64,000 bases of DNA from Elusimicrobiota bacterium (GTDB taxonomy: Bacteria > Elusimicrobiota > Elusimicrobia > UBA1565 > JACRDR01), in contig JACQBA010000013.1 in assembly GCA_016194745.1 (NCBI GenBank), positions 192,822-256,821 of the forward strand, in the 5' to 3' direction. Both the position numbers and the translations under genes were made by a program. The first letter of the stretch is position 1; every line of letters starts with the position of its first letter. The notes below the pieces were generated by a model, which ran no database searches, was not told the origin of the DNA, and saw nothing but the letters and a program-made list of their open reading frames with translations. Below are positions 27,001 through 39,000 of this stretch, one piece after another.

Positions 27001-30000
27001 TGGACCTCGGGCGTCTCGAACCGGGTCGGCGGCGTGAGCGTCGGCCGCGCCTTCCCCGCCTCGCCGTCCGCGAGGAGGCGCGAGGATTCCAGATCGACCG
27101 CCGTGCGAGGACGCCCGAGGCGCGGGTCGACGAACGCAGGCTTGGCGGCGGGCGTAGGTACGGCGGGGGCCGGTTGCTTGGCGGCTGGGGCGGGTTGGGG
27201 CGCTTCTTCCTTTATAGAGGGGTTAGCACGGCGATCCGCCAGAGCCTTGCCCAATTCGGCCGCCCTCTGCTCCTCGGCCCGGGTCAGGCCCCAATCACCC
27301 ACCAGCTTGGCCTCGATGGCCGCCTTGATCAGTTCAGGCGTCACGTAGTGGGTAGGGATCTTGTCCCGCATGGCGTCCATGAGAAGATCGACTCGATTTG
27401 AGACCTCCTCACGCCGCGGGAACGCGCTCCCGAGGGCCTTCACGAAAGCGTCGCGGACCGCAGCTTTCGCGCCGGAATCGTTCGTCATGGCCGTCCACTG
27501 GCGCCGCAACTCCAAGCGCTCGGGCGACAGGGTCTCTTGAGCCACGCCTCCGGCGCCGCGCCGGCCGGGAACGACGTCGTCTCCCAGCATGAACCGGTTG
27601 AAGAAGCTCGCCGCTTCCGACGCGGGGAACCGGCTCGCCGAGACGCCTGCGCGCTCCTCGCTCCGCGCCCCGAACGCGTTGCGCTCGAGACCCAGCGCCG
27701 CGAGCAGCTCCGGCACGCGCCGAGCGCCGAGCGCGTCCACGATCCGAGGGAACTCCGACTCGATCCGCGGGCGTACGGTCGACTCAGAGTCGCGGGCGCT
27801 TGCGGCGACCAACTTGATGAACTCGCGGACCAGCGCGTTGTCGGCGACGGCCATAGAGAGCGACGCCGCGATGTCGCCGAACCTCCCGGCGATCTGCTCC
27901 AGAGTCTGGGTGTCCTTGCGCGACAGCTGCTCTCGGATCAATTCCAGGACGAGCGGCGCCCCGTCACGCCCGAACATCGCGGCCGCTCCCGACGGCGTCC
28001 GGCCGCGGATGCTCGCCGCGTAGCCCCCAAGCACGTCGTCCATGGCGCGGATGATCTTCTCCTCGTTCCAAGGCCGCTGGCCGTTCTCCACCATCTTCTT
28101 GTTCTGCTTCTCCAGATCCGCGCGGATCGACGCCCTCGCCGCTGGCCCGAAGAGCGCCTCGATGCCGCCGGGCGCCAGCAGGGCGCGGATCTCGCCCTTG
28201 TCGAGGCCTGGGAAGGAGTGCAGGATCCGGTCGAGCGTCGCGCCCGCGTTCCTCACGACGTGCGGATCGCCGTCCTTGAGCGAGGCCTTAAATAGGATCA
28301 GCAGCGCCTCGCCGTCCTTCGGAGTCCCTCGCGCCCCGAGCACGGAGGCGATCTGTCCCATCGATTCCATCGCGAACCAGCGCACTTGGCTCGGACTCCT
28401 GTCGGAGAGGAGCGACGTGAGGGTCGCCATGAGCCAGCGCTTCTGAGCCCGAGTGATAGGCCTCTCGCCCCACGCCGTCGCGATCTCGCCGAGGGCGCGA
28501 GCGAACGGCATCATGACGATCCCGGCCATCTGCGTTCCGTCCCGCTCGAGCGCCGCGGCGTCGTCGGGAGAGTCGGGATGCGCCTTGCGCGCCGCCTCGA
28601 TCTCCCTCTTGAGCAGGCCCTGGTCGACGATCCTCATGATCAGCGCGCGGCCCTTCGGCCCGGCCGCCGAGGCGATCCGCCCCAGGACGCGCGCGAGTTC
28701 GGCCATCCCCGAGCGGTTGCCCTTCTGCGCGGCGGCCTCGACCCAGTCGAGCGGAACGTCGAGCCCGGCGCGCGCGCGCGCCTGCGCCGCAGCCGCCATC
28801 AGCGTGAAGGCGTCCTTGCGGTTCATCGAATCCGAATCGTCGAACATCCGCCGCGACCTGACGAGCCCCTCGATCAGCTCTATCGCCGCGCGGCTCGGCG
28901 CGGCCGCCTTGTCGAGCATGCCCACCAAAGCCTCCACCGCGAACGTCCGCCTCTGGCCCGCGCCGGACAGGGCAAGGGCCTCCCATTGGGAGCGGACCGC
29001 CTGGACGCGCTGAGCCGTCCCCGGCGCCTCGGCGTCGAAGGCCGTCAGCATCTCGGCTACGACCCGCGAAACGTTCTCCGGCGAAGGGACGCCGTGCTCT
29101 CCCTCCTTGGCGCGGAGCCAGCTTTCGGCCAGCGTCAACGCGCCGTCGCGATCGATCCTTGCGAGCGTCGCGCCGAAGCCTGCGGGCAGTTCCACGCTTC
29201 GGAAGACGTCGCGCCGGGTGAGCTCGCGGAACGCCTCGAGCGCGGCCCGGGCGCCGTCCGCGCCATGCGCGCGACCGGCAGCCTCCACGAAGGAGGCAAA
29301 GGCCGCCGTTGCGAAGTTGCGGCCGCCGCTAGGCGTCGCCGGGTCGGACAGGACGCGGGTGAGGTCTTTCAGCAGCCCCTCCATCCGCGCGAGTTCGACG
29401 CCGCGCTCGCCAAGCGTCCGGAACACGGCCGACAAGGAGCGCATAGCCCCGGCCCGGGTTTCGGGCAGCGCCTTGGGTCCAAGAGCGGTCGACATTAGCT
29501 CGAGCAGCGTCGGCGTGTCGAGCCGCGCCGCCATCGCCCCGATCATGCGAGCGACCCGCGCGCCCGCCCCGGGTTCGCGCGAGAGCAGGCCATCGGCGGC
29601 GCCCACGCCGGCGATGATCTCGATCGGCACGACGATGCCGAGGTCCGCGAGCGGCTCTCCGCGGAGGATCGACTGTATCTCGGCGTCTGCCCGGGCGCCC
29701 CACGCCCGCATGAGCTCCAATGCGCGGTTCGGTACGCGGATGGCGGGGACTCCCTGCATCTCCGCAAGCCGAGCGAAGGCGTTGTAGAAATCCTGATCGT
29801 GGGACCAGACTGCGGGCAGCAGACTCTTCGGCGTCGCTCGTCCTTCCCCGATGGCCTTAATCAGGAGTTCGACGCTCTCCGCGACCCGCTTGACGCGATC
29901 GACCTGATAGCGGCGAATCTCGAGACGGTCGTCGCGATAGTTCCAGACGTAGTCCTTGTCGCCGGGCGCGAGGTTGAGCCAGGGCTGGAGGTCCCGGCGA

Positions 30001-33000
30001 TAATCCATCGCGTGGCCCAGATAGGTACTGATGACCTGTTCGACGACACGGTTCGCGCGTCCCGCCCAGAACGCCCAGCTGTCGAGCATCTCCTGGAATT
30101 CCTGCTTCTTGTAGTCCTTGGAGTAGCGCGTAAGGTCGAAATTGGCCCCGACCTCCCCCAGTATCCTCGAGAGAGTATCGTGCAGGAGCGCGTGCGCCCG
30201 GTGCGAGGCGATCTCTCCGAGCCCGAGCTTATAATGGAAAAGTTCATGCAGGAGATACGCCGCCAGAGCGGTCGGCGGAGCCGTGCGCGCGAGAGTGCTA
30301 TGTCGATTGAAGAGGATGGGCGCGCCCCCGTCCGCCTTATGGCTCGGCCGATAGACCGCTATCGTCGACGAATCAAGAAGCGACGTGCTGCCGGTTTCAT
30401 CCACCGAGCGGGAGAACCGAATCGGGGCGGACAAGCCCTCCTGGAGCACGGCGGCGACCTCGGCGTCGGTCATCGAAGCGAAGCGCGCCGTGTGCTCGCC
30501 CTGCCGTCGGACCAGCTCGCCGAGCTTCGCGAGGAACGACGGGTCGCGGAGCAGCAGGCTCACGATGTCCCGCGCCACGTTCAACCGCTGGTCGCCGACG
30601 CGCAAGGCCTCGGTCTCGCGCTCGGGAGTGTTTGCCAGGAGCTTGATCGTGGCGGAGTCGATCAGCCCGGCGATCCATTCCCGGATGCCGACATCCGGCG
30701 TGATCGTGGACTCCCACGCGCTCTCGGCCGCAAGCCGCGCGAACTCGGCCGTCCGCTGCGTCGCCTGCTGAGCCTCCCGCTCGTCCTGCGCGCGCTCTCT
30801 CCGCTGGAACGCCGCGTTCTTGGCGTCCGATTCCAGCCTCGACGCGTAGAAGTCGTATTGCTGCGGCGCCTCGCTCCGTTCGACGCGCCCCGAATCGATC
30901 AAGTACGCCCGGACCGTCTGATCTCCGTTAGGCGCGGCCGAGCGCCCGTAACGGATGGCGCCCGGCATATTGATGTTGTGGAGCACGTAGCCGTTCTTCC
31001 GTAGAGTCTCGAAAAGGGCCCTCGCCGCACGGACTTGCGCCGCGTCCGGCTCGTGGAGGGTGGGACCGTCGATCCTCTCTAGAACCATCCAGCCGACGTC
31101 GTGCCCGGCGCCCCTCGCCGACTTCAGGCGCCCCTGACCGAACGTCGCGGGGCCTGCGCCGATCTGGGCGAGATGGACGCTGCGCCGGTGCTCTAGCGCC
31201 GCGCGAGCCGCGCTTCCGCCGGCCACTAGAGTGTCGACGCCGTTGAAGAGGACGCCCACGCGTCCGGGATGTCCAGGCAGGTCGAAGACGGTCTTCGTCA
31301 TTCCGACGTGAACGTTCTCGGCCTTGCGTCCATTTACGTAGAGAGTCGGCCGGTCCCCGGCGGTGTCCCAGCGGACGTTGCGAATCTCCGGGACGCCGTC
31401 TCGCGGCGCGCCGGGCTCGCCGGCGGCCTCGATGTCGCGCGGAAGGCCTAGGCTGGGGCGTAGCCCGAACGGATCGTCGATCTCGTTGCCCCGGATCACG
31501 TCGAGAAGCTTCTCCGGATTCATGTGAGGCGAGCCGGGCAGCCATAGATCGAGTCCGCCGTACTGCGTGGCGATCTTTTGGAAATCGGTCGGCGCCAGCC
31601 TATCCTTGAGCCAAGCGAGCTGCTCCCGCGCCGAGAGGAGACGTCCCGAGCGAACGATGCCCGCGAGCAGGGCGAGATGGGGCTCGACTCGGACGTCTCT
31701 CGCTGCGTCCTCGGGAGTCCGCCACGCGGCGCCAGAACGTTCCTGGTCACGCTCCGGACGCGCGTCGCTCCGCAGCCCCTTGGCGGGCGGAGCGCGCGGT
31801 CCCGCTCCCGGCAGTACGTCCCGGCCGGGAAGCGCGCGCTCGGGCGTTCCGACCGGAAGGCGTTCGCCACCCGCGCGGGCGGCCGCGACGGGCCGGTCGG
31901 CAGGCATGTAGCGGACGCCGACGAAGCGCCCCAGCCAAGTCCACGCCTGTTGCCTCAGCCACAACCCTCGCAGGGACGGCTCGCCCGCGCCCATGCCTTC
32001 GAAGAAAGCCCGGGCGTACGCCTCCCGGCCCATCGCGTCGGCGTAGTAGGCGATCTTTCCGAGGGAGATCACCGCCGCCCGCGCGCTCCGCGTCAATCGA
32101 AGATCGACGTCGCCGACGCCCGCGCGACGGAACTCGCGCTCGAGGGCGTCCTGCACGAACAAGAGGCGTTCGACCGGCTCCGAGAATTTGGGCAGGCGCG
32201 ACTGGCGAAGGACGGCGAAAAGGGCGTTGTCGAACACCGCGTCCGAGATCGTCTCCCTCGGCACGCCGAGGATCTTGCGCAGGTTCGGCAGCAAATGCCG
32301 CCGCATCGAAGCGTCGGTCTCGGGACGCAGGAAGGCGCGCATCACCTCGCGGAAGGCGTCGATCTCGCCCTTGTCGTATCCGGGGGCGTCCGCATGGTCC
32401 TTGATCTGCGCGAAGTCGATGCGCACCAGCCGGTCGCCCACCTGGATCAGCCAGTTGCCCGGATGGCCGTCGGGATCGAAGATGCCTTTGGCGATCGCGG
32501 CCAACTCCGCTCGTACGATCTGCTCCGCGATCGCGGCGCGAGCCTCGGGAGCGAGCGCCTCGAACCTCGTATTGGGCACGTATTCGAAGACCGCCATCGT
32601 CTTCGCGATGCGAGCCCGCTCCGCAGGATCGGGATGCGCCGCCGCAAGAAGCCTCTCCTGAAGTGGGACGAGCGGCTGGACCGCCTCGACCTTCAGGCGG
32701 CCGCCTTCCGTCGAGGGATCATTGTACGCCTTGACGGCCAGAGGGTGTTGACGCGACTCATGGCCGAGGTCGAACTCGATGCCGCCCTTGTCGAGCGTCT
32801 CCATTGCGTGGCGCCGGGCCTCCTCGATAAGCCGGCCCGCACGGCGGACCTGGGCGTCCGGGTCCTTCAGCAGCGCCTCGACCGCGCCGATCCACACTTG
32901 ATTCTCGTTCTCGATGCGGCCGGCAGCGGTGTCGCGCAGGAACCGGACCGTGACCGTGTGCTCCGTCCCGGTCGCCGGGTCCTTCAGCCTGGCGACGGCG

Positions 33001-36000
33001 ACAAAGTTGAGCGAGCCGGAACCCACCATCTCCCCGACGTATTCGACGCCGGCCAGGTTCTTTCCGAAGGCCTTCTCGAGCGACCGATAGAGCTCGCCGC
33101 GGGTTGGCCGCGCGGCGTCGTGGAAGAAGCCGTCCAGCTGCGCGCGCTCCTCCTTCGGAAGTGCGCCGCTGGTGCGCAGGAGCTGAGCGGCGCGGATGCC
33201 GAGAGGACCCATCGCCTCCAGCACCGACTTCAGCGACGCCCGATCGGACCGCTGATCGACCAATGTCGAGAGGATCGCCGCGACGATCGGCTTGCGCTCG
33301 TCCATGGTCAAGGATCCCAAATACGCCTCGAGGACTCGCCGCGCGACGCGATTGTTCGCGTATTCGCCGAGTATGCGATTGAGCAGCGTCTCCATCGACT
33401 TCGGCTGGCTGAGCAGGCCCTGCCGCTCGTCCAGCAGCGGCTGCAGGAAGAACGTCCTTTCGTGAATGTCCGCCTCGCGGAAATGGCGCTTCGCCATCCA
33501 GAGCGCGTTCTCCCGGACGGGACGGTAGTGAGGCGACTCGTGATACCAGCTCGAGAGCTTCGGCGGAACATCGTCCGCGCTGAGAAGGTACTCGAGGAAC
33601 GCCCACCGGTCGGCGTTGTTGCGGAGGTCCCGCTCCAGGACGGTGTTGAAATCGGAGTATTCGAGGCCCCGCGCCTCGGTCCAGCCCTGCATGGTGAGGC
33701 GATGCTTGTCCAGGTGCTCCGTCTCGGACCGGTTCGTCTTGAGGATGTCTTGCGCGATCGTAAGCGCCTCGTTTCGCAGGGAGGACTTCTCCGGGAACTG
33801 GGCCAGGATGAGAGCCTCGATGTCGAGGACGACCTTTCGGATGCCGCTCGATTCACCCTGCGGCTGTCGCTCGGTCTTCGGCGCGCGCTCGATAGCCTGC
33901 TCGATCTGCCAGCGAGCGAGCCTCAGACGGTTCTGCTTGAAATGCGGCAGATTGACGACCTTCGGATCAAGGAACGGCGCTCGCGCAGAAGGACGGCCCT
34001 CCGTTCCCCGCCATGCGTCCTCGAAGGCCGCCTCCCGATGGAAAACTTCCCGATCGCCGTAGGGGTTGACGTCGATCGCGCTGAAGCGGACCCAAGCCTC
34101 AGCAAGGAGCTCCGGCGGCACCGCCCGGCGGGAGTCTGCGTCCGCGATGAGCCGGTTGAGTGACTTGCTGTGATAGCGGCCGAACAACTCCGCCCCCATG
34201 CCGCTCTCAGCCTTGGTTCCCCGGACCAAGGACCGGATGCCGTCGAAATAGGCGACGAAGAACTCAAGGGCACCGCGTGCGTCCTTCGGTCCCCACGCCT
34301 CACCGAGCAGGTCGAACTGCTCGCCATTCCGTAGGCCTAAGTCGAGCCATTCCTTCCAAAAATCGCGGGTCGCGCCGCTCGTCTTCTCGCGGGTGTTTCC
34401 GGTCGCGTTCCGCCGGAGCTCCTCAAAACGATTGCGGAAGAGAACGGCACGGAGCGCGTATGCGCGCCCGTTGGCCGAGTAGAATGGAAGCCCCGCTCCG
34501 ACCGCCGCTTCCTGCGGCCGGTTGCGGATGAGCCATTCGAGGAATTCGGTCGAAATGCGGTCGATCGTCCGCTTGCGCAGGGCCTCCCCCGGCTGATCGC
34601 CGCGCTGGCGGTCGGCTTCGAATGAATGGCCCAGGAATATACTCCGATAGCGAGGGTCGTCCCCGTGCTCCAGCAGCACGACGCTCTTCATGGAAAGCAC
34701 CAGCTCGTAGAAGGGCGCCGGGTTGGCGGCATCGTGGAACGCGTCGAGCAGCCCCTCGTAAGAGACGATGCGCCCAAGCGCCTTATCGATGCCGGGTACT
34801 TCTAGGAGCGCCCGCATGTCGTCCACAAGACGGCGGCGGTCCGCGTCTGTGCGCAGCCCATCGAGCAAAAGCCCTTCGACTACGGCGGAGAGACTCCGCA
34901 TCGATTCGCGTGAGAACTCGCGGCTGAGGGCCCTACCAAGCAGCCGCTGGAACGCCTCTGCGGAAGCGTCCAGCATTGCGGCGCGGATGTCGCGCAGGGA
35001 CTCCGCCGGAGCGTTCCTGGCGAATGCTCGCTCGTTTTGGCGGTACTCTTGAAGCGCCTTTGCGACTTCTTCGATCGAGGAGGCCTTCGTGAGGTCCTTG
35101 GCGCCGATAGACGCCGCCCGCTCCATCCAGATCGCAACGACCGCCGGGTCGCTGATCAGCTGTTTGTTGCTGAACTGGAATGCGGAACGTACTGCCTCGA
35201 GACTCGCGGTGTCCTGCGTCCCACGTGCCAAAGTCGCCATGAGACGCAGGAACGATTGATGCGCGGCCGACGGATTCTCTTTCGCGAAGAAGGAGTACTG
35301 GACCCAAAAGCCGAAGGGATCGCCCTGCTGGTCGAAGAGAGTGAAGAACGACTTGACGACCTTGAAGCGGTCGGCGTCGCTCCTAGCGGCGTCGATCGCC
35401 CTGGACAGCACTCTCTCGAGCGCCGATAGAATCGTCTCGCTGTAGGCTTTTCCCACCAAGCGCTTGGCATAGGCACGGGCGTTCGTGGCAAACGTCTCGA
35501 GGTTCTGGCGGTCCGATAGAAGCACGCCGGCCTGCGACTCGAGCGCCGCGGACAGCCGCCGTTCGCCGTCCTCGACGATTCCGCCGATCTTGCGGAGACG
35601 GAATCCATTCCTCGCCAGCCAGCGCGCGTCTGAACGCTCTCCTGCGAGGTTCCACGAATGGCCTTTCTTGCGGACCGCCGACAGCCTGAGTTCGTGGAGA
35701 TTGGCTCCCACGTGCGGAAGGAAGCCGACTTGATAGCGCAAGCGCGCCGACTCCCCCGCCTTGAGCGCCCAATCGATCAGCCGCCACTGCGAGCGCGGCG
35801 AGGGCGGCTCGTAGGCGTACAGGGCGGCTCGGAGCTCCTCACGCGATTTGCGATACTGGGACCAAGAGGTCCCGATCATCGCGGCCATCACACGCCAGTT
35901 GCTCAGCGAGGGTTCCTTGAAGGGCATCTTCAAGGCGTCCCGTAGCTGACGCCAGCGACCCTCGACCAACAAATGCGCATCGATCAAGGATCGCGACAGC

Positions 36001-39000
36001 TCGGGCTGACGGTCCTGCAGAGAGATATACGCCGCCGCCTGGATCGACCCCTTCGCGACGAATTCCGGCGGCAGCAGCCGCGACGCCTCTACGAAGCGCG
36101 CCTCGATCGCTCCGTGAAGCTCCAGCTCGCGGTCGATCATCTGTTCTGGAGTGAGGAGCTGGTGACCGAGGCGATTGAGCTCGAGACGGTTCACCCTCAC
36201 GACCTCCTCGTAGAGCTGCATCATCGACAGCACTTCCGCCCGCCCGTCACGCACGGCGCGGTAGGCCGCTTCGGGCCAAGCCAATGGCGAGCGGATCAAC
36301 GCATCGACGGCCGCAGTGCGGGCAGTGCGGAATGCGTCCGAGTTCAGCCAGGCGTTGATCTCGCCGATCGCCTCTGTCTGCCGGCGCGTGTCCGCCAGGC
36401 GGAAGGCGGTCGTCCGGCCTTCCTCGCGGATACGGTACGTCCGCGCCAAGCCGATGGAGTCGCGCCGGGAGGAATCCATGGTGTGGAGTTCGTCGCCGCC
36501 GTCACCGACCCGTTCCAACTCCCGATTCTTGAACTCGATCGCGGCATGCGGGTTGTAGCCTGCCTCCTCCATACGCGCGAACGATTTGATGTCGACCTCC
36601 GTCTCCATCGTCCGCCAGAGGAGGTCGGCACGCTTCTGATCGGCGCTCTTGCTCGAGGCTCGCAGTTTCTCAATGACGGGCAGCAGCTCAGCCACGCCGT
36701 GCGAGAGCTCGTGACCGATGAGGAAGGCGAGCTCGTCGTCGCTGCGCACTGCGCGAAGCAGGCCCAGCGTAAGCAGTACCGCCTTCTCGCCCGGCTTGCC
36801 TCCGGGAGCCTTTGAGAGATCGGCGAACATGCCGTTGACTCGCATGTCGTCGACGACGGCGATGCGGATTGGGCCCTTGCCGTCCTCCGGCAGGAGCAGG
36901 CGTTCGACCATCTCCTTGATCTTCGGCATCACGCTGCGCAGGGACGGATGCAGCGACGGATCGACGAAGCGCAGCTTCTCGTTGTGCATGGCCCACCGCA
37001 GGGCCTCGCTGTCCGTACGGCCGATCTCCCCGACGACCAGCGCCTGCGAGACTCCCGCGGCGCGGCGCGCGTCGATCTCCGCCCGCTTCGTCTCCCGCGC
37101 GGCAGCCAGCGCGGCTTCGCGCCGGTCGTCGAGGTAATCCCTCACGCGCCGAACGACGGCACGCACCGTCAAGACGGTGAGCAGGGACCCGCCGAAGAGG
37201 ACCGCGTCCGCGAACACGCCGATGGCGGCGTCGATCGCGTGCGGCGCCCCCGCATCCCGCGCGATCGCGACTCCGACTCCCGCCTTAGAGAGCGACCACG
37301 CCGCCGGCGCCAGCACGAGCGCCGCGAGGAGTCCGCGCCCCTTGCGGGACGGCTTCGGGTCGGCCCGCCGGTCGTCGGCGGACTTGACCTTGTCGGCCGG
37401 CTCCCTGGGCGCGCGACCGGCCACCTCGCTCGCCACGCTCGCCGCCACGGACTCCGGCCGCGCGGCGGCGCGCAGCGCCTGGTCGATCACGTTGTCCTTG
37501 ATGGATCCCTTCGGCCGCGCCGCCATGGCCTCGCGGACCACCTTCTCCGGGATGACGCCCAGCCTGGCCATTTCCAAGAAGGTGTTCTCCATCCGCGCGA
37601 GGAACGCGTCGTTGTGCGTCTCCTCCCCGGTGCCTTCCAACGCGTGCGTGTGCTCGTGGACCACGTCGCGGACGATCTCGGCGAGCTTTTTGAAGTTCTC
37701 CTCGGGAGTCGACTCGCCGCGCTCGAGGCGCACGGCCCAGTCCAGCCAGTCCCGGACGCCGCCTTCGAACTTGCCGGATTTTTCGTTCAATCTGCCGCCG
37801 TTCAAGCTGATCCAATCCCTGCCGAACATGGCGAGCCGGGAGCCGGCGGACTCGCCGAAGCCGACTTTATACGCCTGCCTCGGGTCCATGAAGTGCCGGT
37901 TCACTTCGAATACGCCCCTGAGGACGGACGCGACGGCTCCGATGCCGCCGGTCGGCTCCCTAAGCCGCTGCTCCTCGATGACGCGCCGCATCAGACTCGA
38001 GACAAGCGTCGCGAGGAGCGCGCGGGCTCTGCGCTCCTCGACCGGGAGCCTCGCGGCGTCCACGTACGTCCATGCGTCGTCGCTCCGCCTGGCTCCGGCA
38101 AGGTCCGCGAAGCCGGTGGCCGCTTCGCGTCCTCGCGAGGCGTACCCCGCCGGCTCTCCGCTCCAATCGTGGGTCTTCAGCGCTTTCTTGCGCGCCATCG
38201 AGACGACCGATTCGCGCAGTTTCGCCAGGGAATTGATGCGTCCGGGCCCGTACGCGACCTCGACCGACGCGAGGAAATGCGCCAGGAAGGCTCCTTCCGC
38301 GTCCTCGCGGAATGCCCGGCGCAGGCCGGCGGCGTCCAGGCTCTCCCAGCGCCCGCCGTTGAGCCGCCGCGCGTGCTTCGCCGCCGGACCCGCCGCTCCG
38401 GCATTCATCAAGTGCTCCGACCGGTAGACGTAGTCCACCGGCAGTCCCTGCGGCTTCCACGTGCCCTCGGCGATGGCCCGCGCGGCCGCCTGGGCGACCG
38501 CCGTCAGGACCGCCGCCTGCAGCCTCTCGAGGTAGCGGGAGGTCCCAGCCAGGTCGCCCCGCTCGTGGCCCTCCAGGTCGATCGTATAGCGATGGCGGTT
38601 CTGGCTGGACGGCAGGTCGATGCTCAGCTTCTGCTCCTTCATGAAGTCGCGCAGCTCCTGAGGCACGAGCTCCCACAACGCCGGATTGCGGTTGATGTCC
38701 ATGACGAAGAGCCCGCTCTGCAGGAGCCGCTGCTTTCCCGAGGAGGTCTCGATGACGCGCACGCGCTCGCCCGGAGCCCACTCGACCGAGGCGCGCTCCG
38801 TCACCGTCTCCGCGATGTCGACGCCGTTGAACTCGATCTTGATCCCGCGCTCGCCCAGCCCGCCCACGAAAGTCTCCAGCTTGTCGCCCATGACGGCCGC
38901 GTCCAGTTCCGCCAGGATGCGGTTGCTGTCGGGGCGGCCGCTCAAGTCGCGGCTCCACTCCATGAGGGTGCCTTCGAACTCCCCTCTCACCTCGCGGAGG

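Noticed and set aside
37600-37660. An apparent +1 frameshift inside the HEHTH motif when hand-translating (I read an extra c in 'gcgtcctcctcccc')
   Set aside because: The supplied translations of ORFs 36948..40520(+) and 37177..38427(+) across this point both imply 'gcgtctcctcccc'. That reading gives HEHTHALEGTGEETHNDAF in frame, matching the other two repeat copies. The frameshift is therefore most likely my character-level misreading, not a real frameshift or pseudogene lesion. It does mean my intra-line coordinates may be off by 1 nt in places.
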